From Candidatus Saccharimonadota bacterium (lineage in GTDB: Bacteria; Patescibacteriota; Saccharimonadia; Saccharimonadales; Saccharimonadaceae), in the NCBI GenBank assembly GCA_028289095.1, contig JAQGGY010000020.1, forward strand, positions 1-50,460: a stretch of 50,460 nt of DNA, in the 5' to 3' direction. Below, in pieces: positions 8,838-18,811 of the stretch. A model generated the notes under the pieces. It was given only the letters and a program-made list of their open reading frames with translations, ran no database searches and was not told the DNA's origin. The position numbers and the translations under genes are program-made. Every line of letters starts with the position of its first letter. Positions within the stretch are counted from its first letter, which is position 1.

Positions 8838-9635
8838 TTAGACTTGCTCTAGAAAAAACTTCGTAAGTGCACGCGCTAATATGTCTGCGCTTACATTATG
8901 GCTCTGCTTAGCAAGAATCTCATGCTTTGAACTAGGTAAAGTATTTGCTAAAGCTATGGTTGCGTCGCGCAACTTTTTCGGTGCTTTCTCTCCGCTTAAT
9001 ACCAAGGTTGGTATGTTCAATGTTGATGCGCCAGATGGTACATTCCAGTCTGCCATCAGCTGGAGGTCGTAGGGTAATGTATGTGCTACAATTTCATTTT
9101 TCATCCACGATGAGCGCATTGCGTACTTCATTATAAAAATAAAAAACTCAGGTGCGCCAAATACCTTAGTCATAAAATACTTGACCGCATCGCTCCTTTT
9201 ACCTGCCTCAATTCGTTGATTCAGTTCCGATATGGCATCGATAGGTGGAATGGCATTTGGTGAAGAAGCTGCGACATACGGCACCTCAAATAGAGCTACC
9301 TTATTGAATGTGACACCACGCAATATGGCGTTTATGACAAGCGCTCCGCCAGACGACATGCCGACGACGTACGCAGGTTCATCAATTATTGCACGCAAAG
9401 CATTTAGATCTTCTATCTCGCGATCGATCGTATAGGGCACTGTATCGCTACTTTCGCCTCTGCCACGGCGGTCATATGTGTAAACGGTAAAATGTTCACT
9501 CAATAGAGGAGATAGCTTAGCTGATGGACCGTTATCGCGATAGCAGAATGCGCCGTCTACTAATATTATTGCTGGACCGTTACCTGTGACGCTGTATGCT
9601 ATCTTGGTCCCGTCTTTAGATATTACTGTTACCAT
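8838..9635 (-). CDS. Alpha/beta-fold hydrolase
   Basis: GxSxG nucleophile elbow VVGMSSGG, an HG-like oxyanion region ILVDGAF, and a C-terminal His (QSHNV). I prefer ATG 9635 (MVTVISKDG...); the ORF is open to 9713. Confidence 0.75.
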   Translation of the reverse strand: MVTVISKDGTKIAYSVTGNGPAIILVDGAFCYRDNGPSAKLSPLLSEHFTVYTYDRRGRGESSDTVPYTIDREIEDLNALRAIIDEPAYVVGMSSGGALVINAILRGVTFNKVALFEVPYVAASSPNAIPPIDAISELNQRIEAGKRSDAVKYFMTKVFGAPEFFIFIMKYAMRSSWMKNEIVAHTLPYDLQLMADWNVPSGASTLNIPTLVLSGEKAPKKLRDATIALANTLPSSKHEILAKQSHNVSADILARALTKFFLEQV

Positions 9636-9804
9636 GAATTCAACGTTCCCTTTTATTATCTTTTCGAAGAATACCATTAAATGTTTAATATGGCCACGTA
9701 GGGCGAACTCCATCCCGCCGTTAATTATGATGAATTGATACAGATTATCAATATAAATATATTGTAAAACGATAAATACTATGCTAAAACTAAAGTATCA
9801 GTAA

Positions 9805-10284
9805 ATGAAAGGTTTAAGCATGAAGCGAAGCTCGACGAATTTTTTAAGAGGTGTGATCGTTATAATAGCGATTTTTGTATTAATTTTATGTATTGTTGCG
9901 TTACCAGCTGGGATCAGTTCGGATACGACAGGTTATTATCGACCAATTTTGCTTGGTTTATATATACCAGCGCTACCATTTTTCTATGCACTGTATCAAG
10001 CGCTTAAACTACTAGATTATATTGATACCGACAAGGCGTTCACGAATCTATCTGTCGCTACCTTTAAAAATATAAAATACTGCGCCGTTGCAATCTTTGC
10101 GTTATTTGCAGCTGGCATGCCGTTCATTTTTATGGCGGGCGATCGTGATGATGCGCCTGGCGTAGTATTGGTCGGATTGGTGATTATGTTTGCATCACTG
10201 GTGATTGCAACATTTGCTGCGGTACTACAAAAGCTGATACAGAATGCTGTTGACATTAAGTCAGAGAATGATCTGACGGTTTAG
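9805..10284 (+). CDS. DUF2975-like membrane protein (partner of YozG-type HTH regulator)
   Basis: 159 aa with 4 TM helices, immediately followed by a small XRE-type HTH gene. This is the conserved DUF2975 + HTH pairing. The start is 9805 or 9823. Confidence 0.6.
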   Translation: MKGLSMKRSSTNFLRGVIVIIAIFVLILCIVALPAGISSDTTGYYRPILLGLYIPALPFFYALYQALKLLDYIDTDKAFTNLSVATFKNIKYCAVAIFALFAAGMPFIFMAGDRDDAPGVVLVGLVIMFASLVIATFAAVLQKLIQNAVDIKSENDLTV

Positions 10285-10294
10285 GAATTATATT

Positions 10295-10528
10295 ATGGCA
10301 ATAATTATCAACATAGACGTCATGCTAGCAAAGCGCAAAATGAGCGTAACAGAACTGACAGAAAAGATCGGTATCACCATGGCTAATTTGTCTATCCTGA
10401 AAAATGGCAAGGCAAAGGCGGTTAGGCTAACGACGCTTGAAGCCATCTGTAAGGCACTTGAATGTCAGCCAGGTGATATTTTGGAGTACAAAAATGAAGC
10501 TCGTAATGATGAGCCAGCAGGGAAGTAG
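10295..10528 (+). CDS. XRE/YozG-type helix-turn-helix transcriptional regulator
   Basis: 77 aa. IINIDVMLAKRKMSVTELTEKIGITMANLSILKNGKAKAVRLTTLEAICKALECQPGDILEY is the canonical YozG-like sequence. Confidence 0.85.
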   Translation: MAIIINIDVMLAKRKMSVTELTEKIGITMANLSILKNGKAKAVRLTTLEAICKALECQPGDILEYKNEARNDEPAGK

Positions 10529-10841
10529 GCAAGCGATAAATATGATTAGTGAAGCGTCGCATAAAAATAACGTAATCCGAATCGCGGTGGTAACCGCAGC
10601 GATATTGGCAATACCGCTGATAGCAATGCAATTTAGTGATGATGTAGACTGGGGATTGTTCGACCTTATAATTATCGGAACGTTGATATTTGGTACTGGC
10701 ATGATATACGAATTTGGCGTCAAAAAACTTCGCACGACGACACATCAAATGATCGCGATCACTATACTTGTGGTGGTACTGCTATTAACTTGGGCAGAAT
10801 TGGCTGTCGGTGTGTTCGGCACGCCATTCGCCGGAAGTTAA
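10494..10841 (+). CDS. Small membrane protein, unknown function (start uncertain)
   Basis: ORF open from 10437. ATG 10494 has GGAG 8 nt upstream but overlaps the HTH gene; ATG 10542 is the alternative. Three hydrophobic helices. Confidence 0.45.
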   Translation: MKLVMMSQQGSRQAINMISEASHKNNVIRIAVVTAAILAIPLIAMQFSDDVDWGLFDLIIIGTLIFGTGMIYEFGVKKLRTTTHQMIAITILVVVLLLTWAELAVGVFGTPFAGS

Positions 10842-10863
10842 GTACGCTTGCTATAATAACCTA

Positions 10864-11484
10864 ATGAACCTTCATCGCAGTAATAATAAACCTGATTGGT
10901 CGGGCATACGCCCAGATGAATATAACTATTGGCAAATGGTTGCCGTTAAAACTAACGGGATACTGACACCGGGCAATATTGCAACGATGGTCGGGTTGGG
11001 GCTGGTGATGATCGGACTGTATATGATTATCAATCAACAGTATTGGGTTGGCATGGTATTGATTATCGTTGGTCGACTTTTTGATCTTGTGGATGGGTGG
11101 CTGGCTGATGTAACGCAAACCAAAAGCCCGCTGGGTGAATTGCTGGATGCGGCGATTGATAAAGTCGAAACATTTTTTACCATTATCGTATTTTACGTAG
11201 CATCGATTGCGCTGTGGTGGCTGTTGACCGTCCTATTGTTACCGCATATTTGGATCACGTACATTGCATGGACAGCACGTTGCAAAAACAAACAATTACA
11301 TCCGTCTAGGATTGGCAAGATAAGTATGGCGGCGCTATGGGTGGCATTATTTGGATTTATCGTATTACGCGCACTAAACACTTCGAGCGTTGATATACTT
11401 GCCGTGATGATCTATATCGTTTCTGCTATTTCCGTAGGTCTGGGTATATATACCGCCATTGGCTATATCACCAACAAAAACTAG
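10864..11484 (+). CDS. CDP-alcohol phosphatidyltransferase family protein
   Basis: DLVDGWLADVTQTKSPLGELLDAAIDKV fits the D-G-x2-A-R...G-x3-D-x3-D motif of the family. Multi-TM protein. The start is taken at ATG 10864, after the upstream stop. Confidence 0.75.
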   Translation: MNLHRSNNKPDWSGIRPDEYNYWQMVAVKTNGILTPGNIATMVGLGLVMIGLYMIINQQYWVGMVLIIVGRLFDLVDGWLADVTQTKSPLGELLDAAIDKVETFFTIIVFYVASIALWWLLTVLLLPHIWITYIAWTARCKNKQLHPSRIGKISMAALWVALFGFIVLRALNTSSVDILAVMIYIVSAISVGLGIYTAIGYITNKN

Positions 11485-12038
11485 ATTGGACGTTTTTTCA
11501 GTCCCAATAACCAACCAATATAGCTGAATAATAAATGCATCAAAAACCACAGCACAAGCATCCAGCCGTATTGGGCGGGTGTTGCAATAACAAACGGCAA
11601 GCTAACGATGATAGCGCCGATAATATAATCAATCTGGTCAAATGGTACCCATGGATTTCCTGATGCAATACCACGTCGGCGTTTGAAAAAGCTTTCGATC
11701 GCATCGCCGCCTAGTGCACCTAATCCGAATAGCGGGCCAAGCAAAAATAATGGCAGTAAGGTATAATCCAATCCACCCGCGACATCCGCTGCCCAATTGA
11801 TATGCTGATATGCAAGTTGCTGTAGCCATAACGTAACGGTTGCAACAATCATCCCGCTAACTAACCCGCGCCAAGTTTTGTGCGTGCCGAAAATCGCTTT
11901 ACCCTGCCAAGTACGCCCGCCATCTATTGGTGTATTCCATTTTTTAATGACAGGTAATGGCGCACTTAAAACAGGCGCGACATTCGCAATCGCTGCGGGC
12001 AGTAAAAACCAAACGGCAAATAATATATCATGCAACAT
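11481..12038 (-). CDS. CarS-like protein (CDP-archaeol synthase / DUF46 family cytidylyltransferase)
   Basis: Blocks AVWFLLPAAIANVAPV, PIDGGRTW.GK.IFGTHKTWRGLVSG and GDAIESFFKRRRGIASG..W.PFDQIDYIIGA match, from memory, the archaeal CarS family pattern. The start is uncertain (ATG 12038, 12062 or 12089, or GTG 12107). Confidence 0.6.
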   Translation of the reverse strand: MLHDILFAVWFLLPAAIANVAPVLSAPLPVIKKWNTPIDGGRTWQGKAIFGTHKTWRGLVSGMIVATVTLWLQQLAYQHINWAADVAGGLDYTLLPLFLLGPLFGLGALGGDAIESFFKRRRGIASGNPWVPFDQIDYIIGAIIVSLPFVIATPAQYGWMLVLWFLMHLLFSYIGWLLGLKKRPI

Positions 12039-12159
12039 CCTTTTATTATAGCGGATCAGCATTTTGTTAACCGCGATTGCGTTGTTCATGTAGATTGGCA
12101 ACGCCACGACGCAATGCGCGTTGCATAACGGTAATGTTTAAGCTATGATTTGAGTACTT

Positions 12160-13056
12160 ATGAAATCAAAACCAAAACTAGCAGCAAAGAGAGTAGCGAA
12201 AGTTACTCCCGGTATTTCGCGAACCACACAAATAACGTTTATTATCGCCGCGATAGCGTCGTATGTCATACAGACTGTGGGAACACTCCAAAGTGTTTTT
12301 AGTATGCCTGATATTATAGGCTCTTTTTCGCGGTGGATACCCGTCTTTATGATAGATAGCATTCTGACGCCATTGCTATTGTTTGTATTTGCGTACATTG
12401 TTTTACGACGTAGCGCAACAAAAGTATCAAGGGTTTTCAAGGCAACCCTAGCTGCTTTAATTGGTGTGATAATGTCATATATCACTAATTTGATGTTTAT
12501 GGAGGTGTTTAGGCAACCGCTTGGATATGGTGATTCGCCTGCAACCTGGACAAGCCCATTTGTGCAAATGATACCTATGGTAGCCGGGATATTATGTGCA
12601 GTACTGATTACTATTTATATATTTAAGCGTGTAAAAGACAAAGAGTTTACAGCATCACGCAACGTACAGAAAGTACTTATAAGAATTGTCATATTTACGT
12701 TTGTCGCTAATTTTCTTGTCTCTGTTGCTGGAGTATTGAACGGTACGAATAATGGATATATGAATGCTAGCGAGGCGCTCTGGTCATTTGCCGCGTCTAC
12801 ACTGACAATTCTTGTGCCTATGGCTATCATATATTTCATGGCATCAAAGTCTCGGACGAAACTTGTGCGTATCATGAACGCGATGCTTTATTTGTTCATT
12901 TTTATGTTCATAACAACTACTCTTTATTCGATAACGTTCATATTCGAGATCTATATGCATGAGCCTACGAGTTTAGCCTCGATATTGCTACCAATCATCG
13001 CTTTTACATCTCTTGTCGTTTTGGTTGTAGTGCATAAGTTACAGAAAGTATTCTAG
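12160..13056 (+). CDS. Multi-pass membrane protein, unknown function
   Basis: 298 aa with about 8 hydrophobic helices. The competing antisense ORF 12138..12485 is less plausible. Confidence 0.5.
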   Translation: MKSKPKLAAKRVAKVTPGISRTTQITFIIAAIASYVIQTVGTLQSVFSMPDIIGSFSRWIPVFMIDSILTPLLLFVFAYIVLRRSATKVSRVFKATLAALIGVIMSYITNLMFMEVFRQPLGYGDSPATWTSPFVQMIPMVAGILCAVLITIYIFKRVKDKEFTASRNVQKVLIRIVIFTFVANFLVSVAGVLNGTNNGYMNASEALWSFAASTLTILVPMAIIYFMASKSRTKLVRIMNAMLYLFIFMFITTTLYSITFIFEIYMHEPTSLASILLPIIAFTSLVVLVVVHKLQKVF

Positions 13057-13090
13057 TAGCACTCTGATACAGTAAAAAACTTTTATAAAT

Positions 13091-13124
13091 AAAATACTCT
13101 CCCAATTATTGGCAGAGTATTTTA
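13091..13124. terminator. Bidirectional terminator between convergent membrane gene and eno
   Basis: AAAATACTCT...AGAGTATTTT is a 10-bp stem, with A-run and T-run flanks on both strands. Confidence 0.65.
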
Positions 13125-13137
13125 TTTTGACGGACGA

Positions 13138-14430
<1,293 letters not shown>

Positions 14431-14478
14431 TTACCACTTTGGTTGAACCATAAGCCAGTTTGCATCATACTAGACAGT

Positions 14479-15129
14479 ATGAATAAGAAACACCCAACTG
14501 GATTATTAGTTATTAGTCGCCATACAGAATCGGAATGGAATTTATTAGGTAAATGGACGGGATTGAATGATGTTGATCTGACTGCAAAGGGTCACCAAGA
14601 AGCCGAGCAGATTGGTGAAATGTTAAGAGATCTTCGTTTTAACGTTGTGTATACGTCAGAACAGCGCCGAACCCATCAGACGCTTGCAGGTATTCTAAAG
14701 GGGAGCATTCATCCTGACGTGCCGCATCATATTCACGGCGCCGTGAACGAGCGAGATTATGGGGATCTAACTGGTAAAAATAAATGGGAAGTCCAAGAAG
14801 AAATTGGCGAAGAGGCATTTAAAGGCATCCGCCGCGGTTGGGACTACCCAGTGCCGGGCGGCGAAACGTTAAAAGACGTCTATGCGCGCGTCGTACCGTT
14901 TTTTGACGAAGAGGTTTTGCCGCAGCTGCAACAGGGCAGGAATGTTTTGATGGTTGCTCATGGTAATTCTATTCGAGCCCTTATCAAGCATCTAGAAGAA
15001 ATCCATGAGGATAAAATAGCCGAAGTAGAGATGTCATTCGGGCAAGTTTTGCTATATCATATTACGCCCGAAGGTACTATTGACCACAAGGAAATACGGC
15101 AAATCGACATAATTCCGCCAAAAGCATGA
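14479..15129 (+). CDS. gpmA: Histidine phosphatase family: 2,3-bisphosphoglycerate-dependent phosphoglycerate mutase-like
   Basis: LVISRHTESEWN (RHGE-type catalytic His), TSEQRRTHQT and VAHGNSIRALI. Divergent from eno. The start is set at ATG 14479, not the ORF-track start. Confidence 0.8.
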   Translation: MNKKHPTGLLVISRHTESEWNLLGKWTGLNDVDLTAKGHQEAEQIGEMLRDLRFNVVYTSEQRRTHQTLAGILKGSIHPDVPHHIHGAVNERDYGDLTGKNKWEVQEEIGEEAFKGIRRGWDYPVPGGETLKDVYARVVPFFDEEVLPQLQQGRNVLMVAHGNSIRALIKHLEEIHEDKIAEVEMSFGQVLLYHITPEGTIDHKEIRQIDIIPPKA

Positions 15130-15186
15130 GTTTTTTCAAAAAGGGTGTATAATTACGGCATACTATAAAACAAAAACGAGGACTTC

Positions 15187-16020
15187 ATGCCTAAGACCAC
15201 AATAAAGCTCAATTCTGTACACGGTAATTTCGTTAAATTATTAGGACTATCTGCCATTGGCGTTGTGCTTGTGGGGCTATTTTTCTCGCTATCCGTACGT
15301 GCTGACGGCATGCAGGTTATCGTAAAGGCGACTGATGTAAAAGGCTGGTATCCTGGTGATATCAAAGAAGGCGGAGCAGTAACCTACTTTGGTGATTCAA
15401 CATCACCATACCCTACTGGCGTTCTAGCGCTGACGACTGATGCAACACCTGGCGCAAAAGCGCAGTATTTGAAATCTGCTAATATTCCACTGGCGCAAGT
15501 CACAGATCTGAGCTATTACACGAAAAACGTCAGTGGTCCTGCAAATGCTGGTGTATCGTACCAACTAAACATTAACCTACACGGTATTCCTGACTGGACG
15601 ACTGCATTCGTATTTGATCCTTCGTCAAACGGTCAGGTTGTGGCAGGACAGTGGCAGAAATGGGACGTATATAACGGACGATTCTGGTCTAATGATTCAG
15701 TGCCACCGATTGTCGTAATCGGTGCGGGCAACGAGCCCTTCTATACGCTTAATGAATTGAAAGCAGCGTATCCAGACGCAATTGTTCACTCATTCGGTGT
15801 CTATGCAGGAACATTTAACCCTGATTATAACGTCGGTACATCAAAGCAGAATCTTAACTTGCTTGCGGATGGCATTACGTTTAACGGAGTAAACTATGAC
15901 TTTGAAGCGGCGCCAACATTGGCAACGTCAAAAGATCAATGTAAAAATGGTGGCTGGGTAACATTTCAAAATGCGTACAAAAACCAGGGCGAGTGCGTTT
16001 CGTCAATCACGAGTAGATAA
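15187..16020 (+). CDS. Secreted or membrane-anchored hypothetical protein with C-terminal Cys pair
   Basis: 277 aa. N-terminal signal/anchor GLSAIGVVLVGLFFSLSV and C-terminal DQCKNGGW..F.N.YKNQGECVS. GAGGA RBS. Confidence 0.5.
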   Translation: MPKTTIKLNSVHGNFVKLLGLSAIGVVLVGLFFSLSVRADGMQVIVKATDVKGWYPGDIKEGGAVTYFGDSTSPYPTGVLALTTDATPGAKAQYLKSANIPLAQVTDLSYYTKNVSGPANAGVSYQLNINLHGIPDWTTAFVFDPSSNGQVVAGQWQKWDVYNGRFWSNDSVPPIVVIGAGNEPFYTLNELKAAYPDAIVHSFGVYAGTFNPDYNVGTSKQNLNLLADGITFNGVNYDFEAAPTLATSKDQCKNGGWVTFQNAYKNQGECVSSITSR

Positions 16021-16041
16021 TACGTAGTTATTACTGGTATT

Positions 16042-16071
16042 AAAAAAGTCCGTCAGTATGGCGGGCTTTTT
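16042..16071 (+). terminator. Rho-independent terminator
   Basis: AAGTCCGTC/GGCGGGCTT is a 9-bp stem (two G.U pairs) with a 5-nt loop and a TTTTT tail. Confidence 0.6.
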
Positions 16072-16224
16072 AGTAGTGTTTTATTCGGGCTATAGTAGAA
16101 CGGCTATGGCAGGTAGGAGCGTGATTTATACTTATCACTATTTAACTACGATCTGGTCTGCATTATTACCATCGGACAGCTTGGTTTTATTAGTAGAGGT
16201 AATGGTTTATGATAGGAGGTATAT

Positions 16225-17502
16225 ATGATGAAATTTATAATCCAATTTGCACTTGAGCGATACGTCGTCAAATACTTTAAAAAGCACCCAGAAGTTAAGT
16301 TAATTGTTGTTGCTGGCAGTGTCGGTAAAACAAGTACTAAGCGTGCTATCGCGACATTATTATCGCAGCGCTTTCGCGTTGTCATGGAAGAAGGTAATCA
16401 TAACACGCACCTTAGTGCACCACTGGCAATTTTGGGTATTGAATATCCTGACAATGTCAAAAATATTAAAGCGTGGATATCTGTTTTTCGTGCGGTTCGC
16501 GAACGCATTAAAATGCCTACCGGTACGGATGTGATTATTCAAGAAATCGGCGCTGATCATCCGGGTGATATTGCACATTTTGGTAAATATCTACACCCAT
16601 ACATTGGTGTTGTCACTGCTGTAACCCCTGAACATATGGAGTTTTTTAAAGATATGAACGCTGTTGCCGAAGAAGAATTGATGGCGGCTAATTTTTCAGA
16701 ACTGGCTATAATTAACCGTGATGATATCGAGGGCGAATATGCCAAGTTCTTGACGAACTCTAAACTAAATACGTATGGCACGACTGGTGTTGCAGAATAT
16801 CATTTCGAATCACAGAATTTTACGACAGAAAACGGCTACGAAGGATTAGTTATGACGCCTGAATACGAGCCTATTTCAACAACTGTTAAAGTGGTTGGTG
16901 AACATAGTTTGCGCCCAGTAATGGGTGCAGTCGCCGTTGCCTCAAAGATGGGGATGACCGTTGACGAGATTGCAGCCGGTCTAAAAATCATTACACCCGT
17001 TCCTGGTCGGATGAACATACTAAAGGGCCAAAAAAACACGATCATCATCGATGATTCGTACAACTCGAGTCCTATTGCAGCCAGTTCTGCTTTGCAGGCG
17101 CTATACAGCCTGCAGACACCGCAGCGCATAGCAGTGCTTGGTGACATGAATGAATTAGGTGAATTATCGATGAATGAACACGAAAAGCTCGGGAATATGT
17201 GTGACCCGAATCTATTAGCGTGGGTTGTGACTATAGGCGAAGAAGCCGAGAAATACCTTGCGCCAACTGCACGTCTGCGTGGTTGCCAGGTGCGGAGCTA
17301 TAAAACTGCCATCGATGCCGGTGCGTTTGTTCATAGCGTTCTAGAGGAAGGTGCGGCCGTACTGGTAAAAGGCTCGCAGGGCGGGATATATGCCGAAGAA
17401 ACGGTCAAGATATTATGCAACTTGGACCAGACCAATGAATTAGTGCGTCAATCTCCGAAATGGCTGCAGATAAAGGCCGATTTCTTTTCCAAGTTCTCGT
17501 AA
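16225..17502 (+). CDS. murF: Mur ligase: UDP-N-acetylmuramoyl-tripeptide--D-alanyl-D-alanine ligase (short N-terminus)
   Basis: P-loop VAGSVGKTSTK, VTPEH, and IIDDSYNSSP...AL..L (MurF-type DDSYNANP block). 425 aa, lacking most of the usual N-terminal domain. AGGAGG RBS. Confidence 0.75.
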   Translation: MMKFIIQFALERYVVKYFKKHPEVKLIVVAGSVGKTSTKRAIATLLSQRFRVVMEEGNHNTHLSAPLAILGIEYPDNVKNIKAWISVFRAVRERIKMPTGTDVIIQEIGADHPGDIAHFGKYLHPYIGVVTAVTPEHMEFFKDMNAVAEEELMAANFSELAIINRDDIEGEYAKFLTNSKLNTYGTTGVAEYHFESQNFTTENGYEGLVMTPEYEPISTTVKVVGEHSLRPVMGAVAVASKMGMTVDEIAAGLKIITPVPGRMNILKGQKNTIIIDDSYNSSPIAASSALQALYSLQTPQRIAVLGDMNELGELSMNEHEKLGNMCDPNLLAWVVTIGEEAEKYLAPTARLRGCQVRSYKTAIDAGAFVHSVLEEGAAVLVKGSQGGIYAEETVKILCNLDQTNELVRQSPKWLQIKADFFSKFS

Positions 17503-17569
17503 CTATAAGCCGTATGGTAATCTAGATATAAAGATAAAACACAGTAAATTATAAGGGAGTAAATTGCAT

Positions 17570-18763
17570 ATGGATGATAGAGAAGATACCGGACAAACAC
17601 CAAAGCAACCTGAAACACCGCAGCAACCTGATACGCAACCGCAGCCGTTTGTTGTTCAGCAACCAGAGCGCAAGGTGCCTTATGCTTTTAATGCAAATGC
17701 CGAAGACACATCTAGGTCAGACGTCGTCGAAACGGGCGCGACTCCTACCGCTGCACCACGTAAAAGTAAAAAGGGTCTAATTATCAGTTTGATTGCTACC
17801 GCATTAGTATTGTTGGGCGCGGGCCTGGCTTATGTGTATTGGTACCAAAATCCGAACAAAGTAGTTTCCGACGCACTAATGAATGCAATCACTGCTAAAA
17901 CGGTGGCGTATACGGGCACTGTTACGACAGTCGGTACAACTAAATTGAACGTCACATTAAACGGTGACATGAATAGCGATGGCGGGACATTGAATGCTAA
18001 ATTTGCTTTTGATGCCGACGATCAAAAATATGCATTGGACGGCAATGCTGTTTTTGACGCTAAAAACGATTTGTACGTTAAGGTGCAGAATATTGATGGA
18101 TTGGTAAATAATTACCGTCGCGCAATACCTGCTGATTCGCAGATGCTATTCGATCAAATTATCGATAAAATAGATGACAAATGGGTAAAGATCAGTTCAG
18201 AAGATTTAAAAAGCTATGACATAGACCTTGCGAAAACGCGAAAATGTACGAATGACGCTGCACGTAAAATCCAAGACGACGCATCAACAAAAAACGAACT
18301 GACGAACGCATATAAAAAGCACCCGTTCATTACTATCGAGAAAAGCCTCGGTGCAAAAGACGGCAGCTTGGGGTATGAATTATCATCTAATCAGGAAGTT
18401 GCAAAATCGTTTGCAAAAGAATATAAAAATTCAGAGCTATACAAAACGCTCGTCAAATGCGATAGCAGCTTAGCTATGAAAGATGATGATATCGTCAAAA
18501 AGGCCGAGGAAAAGACAGGCGACAAGACGAATGTACAGTTGTGGGTGGACCGCTGGACACATCAGATTACTAAAGTATCTGTAAAGAATGATAACAACAA
18601 AGACCAAACTGTTAATGTTGCAATCGAACCAAAGTTTAATCATCCTGTGAAGATTACGACACCGAAAGAGTCGACGACGTTAGAACAGTTACAACAAGAC
18701 GTTATGAAACTGATACAATCCGCACAAACATCGCCTACCGATACGCCTGAAATGGGAGTATAA
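17570..18763 (+). CDS. Hypothetical single-pass membrane protein (P/Q-rich cytoplasmic tail, large extracytoplasmic domain)
   Basis: N-terminal QTPKQPETPQQPDTQPQP, a TM helix LIISLIATALVLLGAGLAYVYW, then about 300 aa that are Lys/Asp-rich. GGGAG lies 10 nt before ATG 17570. Confidence 0.5.
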   Translation: MDDREDTGQTPKQPETPQQPDTQPQPFVVQQPERKVPYAFNANAEDTSRSDVVETGATPTAAPRKSKKGLIISLIATALVLLGAGLAYVYWYQNPNKVVSDALMNAITAKTVAYTGTVTTVGTTKLNVTLNGDMNSDGGTLNAKFAFDADDQKYALDGNAVFDAKNDLYVKVQNIDGLVNNYRRAIPADSQMLFDQIIDKIDDKWVKISSEDLKSYDIDLAKTRKCTNDAARKIQDDASTKNELTNAYKKHPFITIEKSLGAKDGSLGYELSSNQEVAKSFAKEYKNSELYKTLVKCDSSLAMKDDDIVKKAEEKTGDKTNVQLWVDRWTHQITKVSVKNDNNKDQTVNVAIEPKFNHPVKITTPKESTTLEQLQQDVMKLIQSAQTSPTDTPEMGV

Positions 18764-18811
18764 CCCCGTCCTTTGTAACAGAGGCGCAAAGTTTGCTATA
18801 CTAGCAGATAT

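Noticed and set aside
9741-9757. TTGATA-N5-TATCAA inverted repeat as an FNR box
   Set aside because: The FNR consensus is TTGAT-N4-ATCAA. Here the TTGAT/ATCAA cores are 7 nt apart, and the local regulator carries a CRP-type rather than FNR-type recognition helix.
10422-10748. Two minus-strand ORFs (108 and 102 aa) opposite the HTH and small membrane genes
   Set aside because: They are antisense shadows of the convincingly identified YozG-type HTH gene and its downstream membrane ORF.
12138-12485. 115-aa minus-strand ORF overlapping the start of the 298-aa membrane protein
   Set aside because: It overlaps the longer plus-strand ORF almost completely. That ORF has coherent TM topology over 298 aa, and no RBS precedes the minus-strand start.
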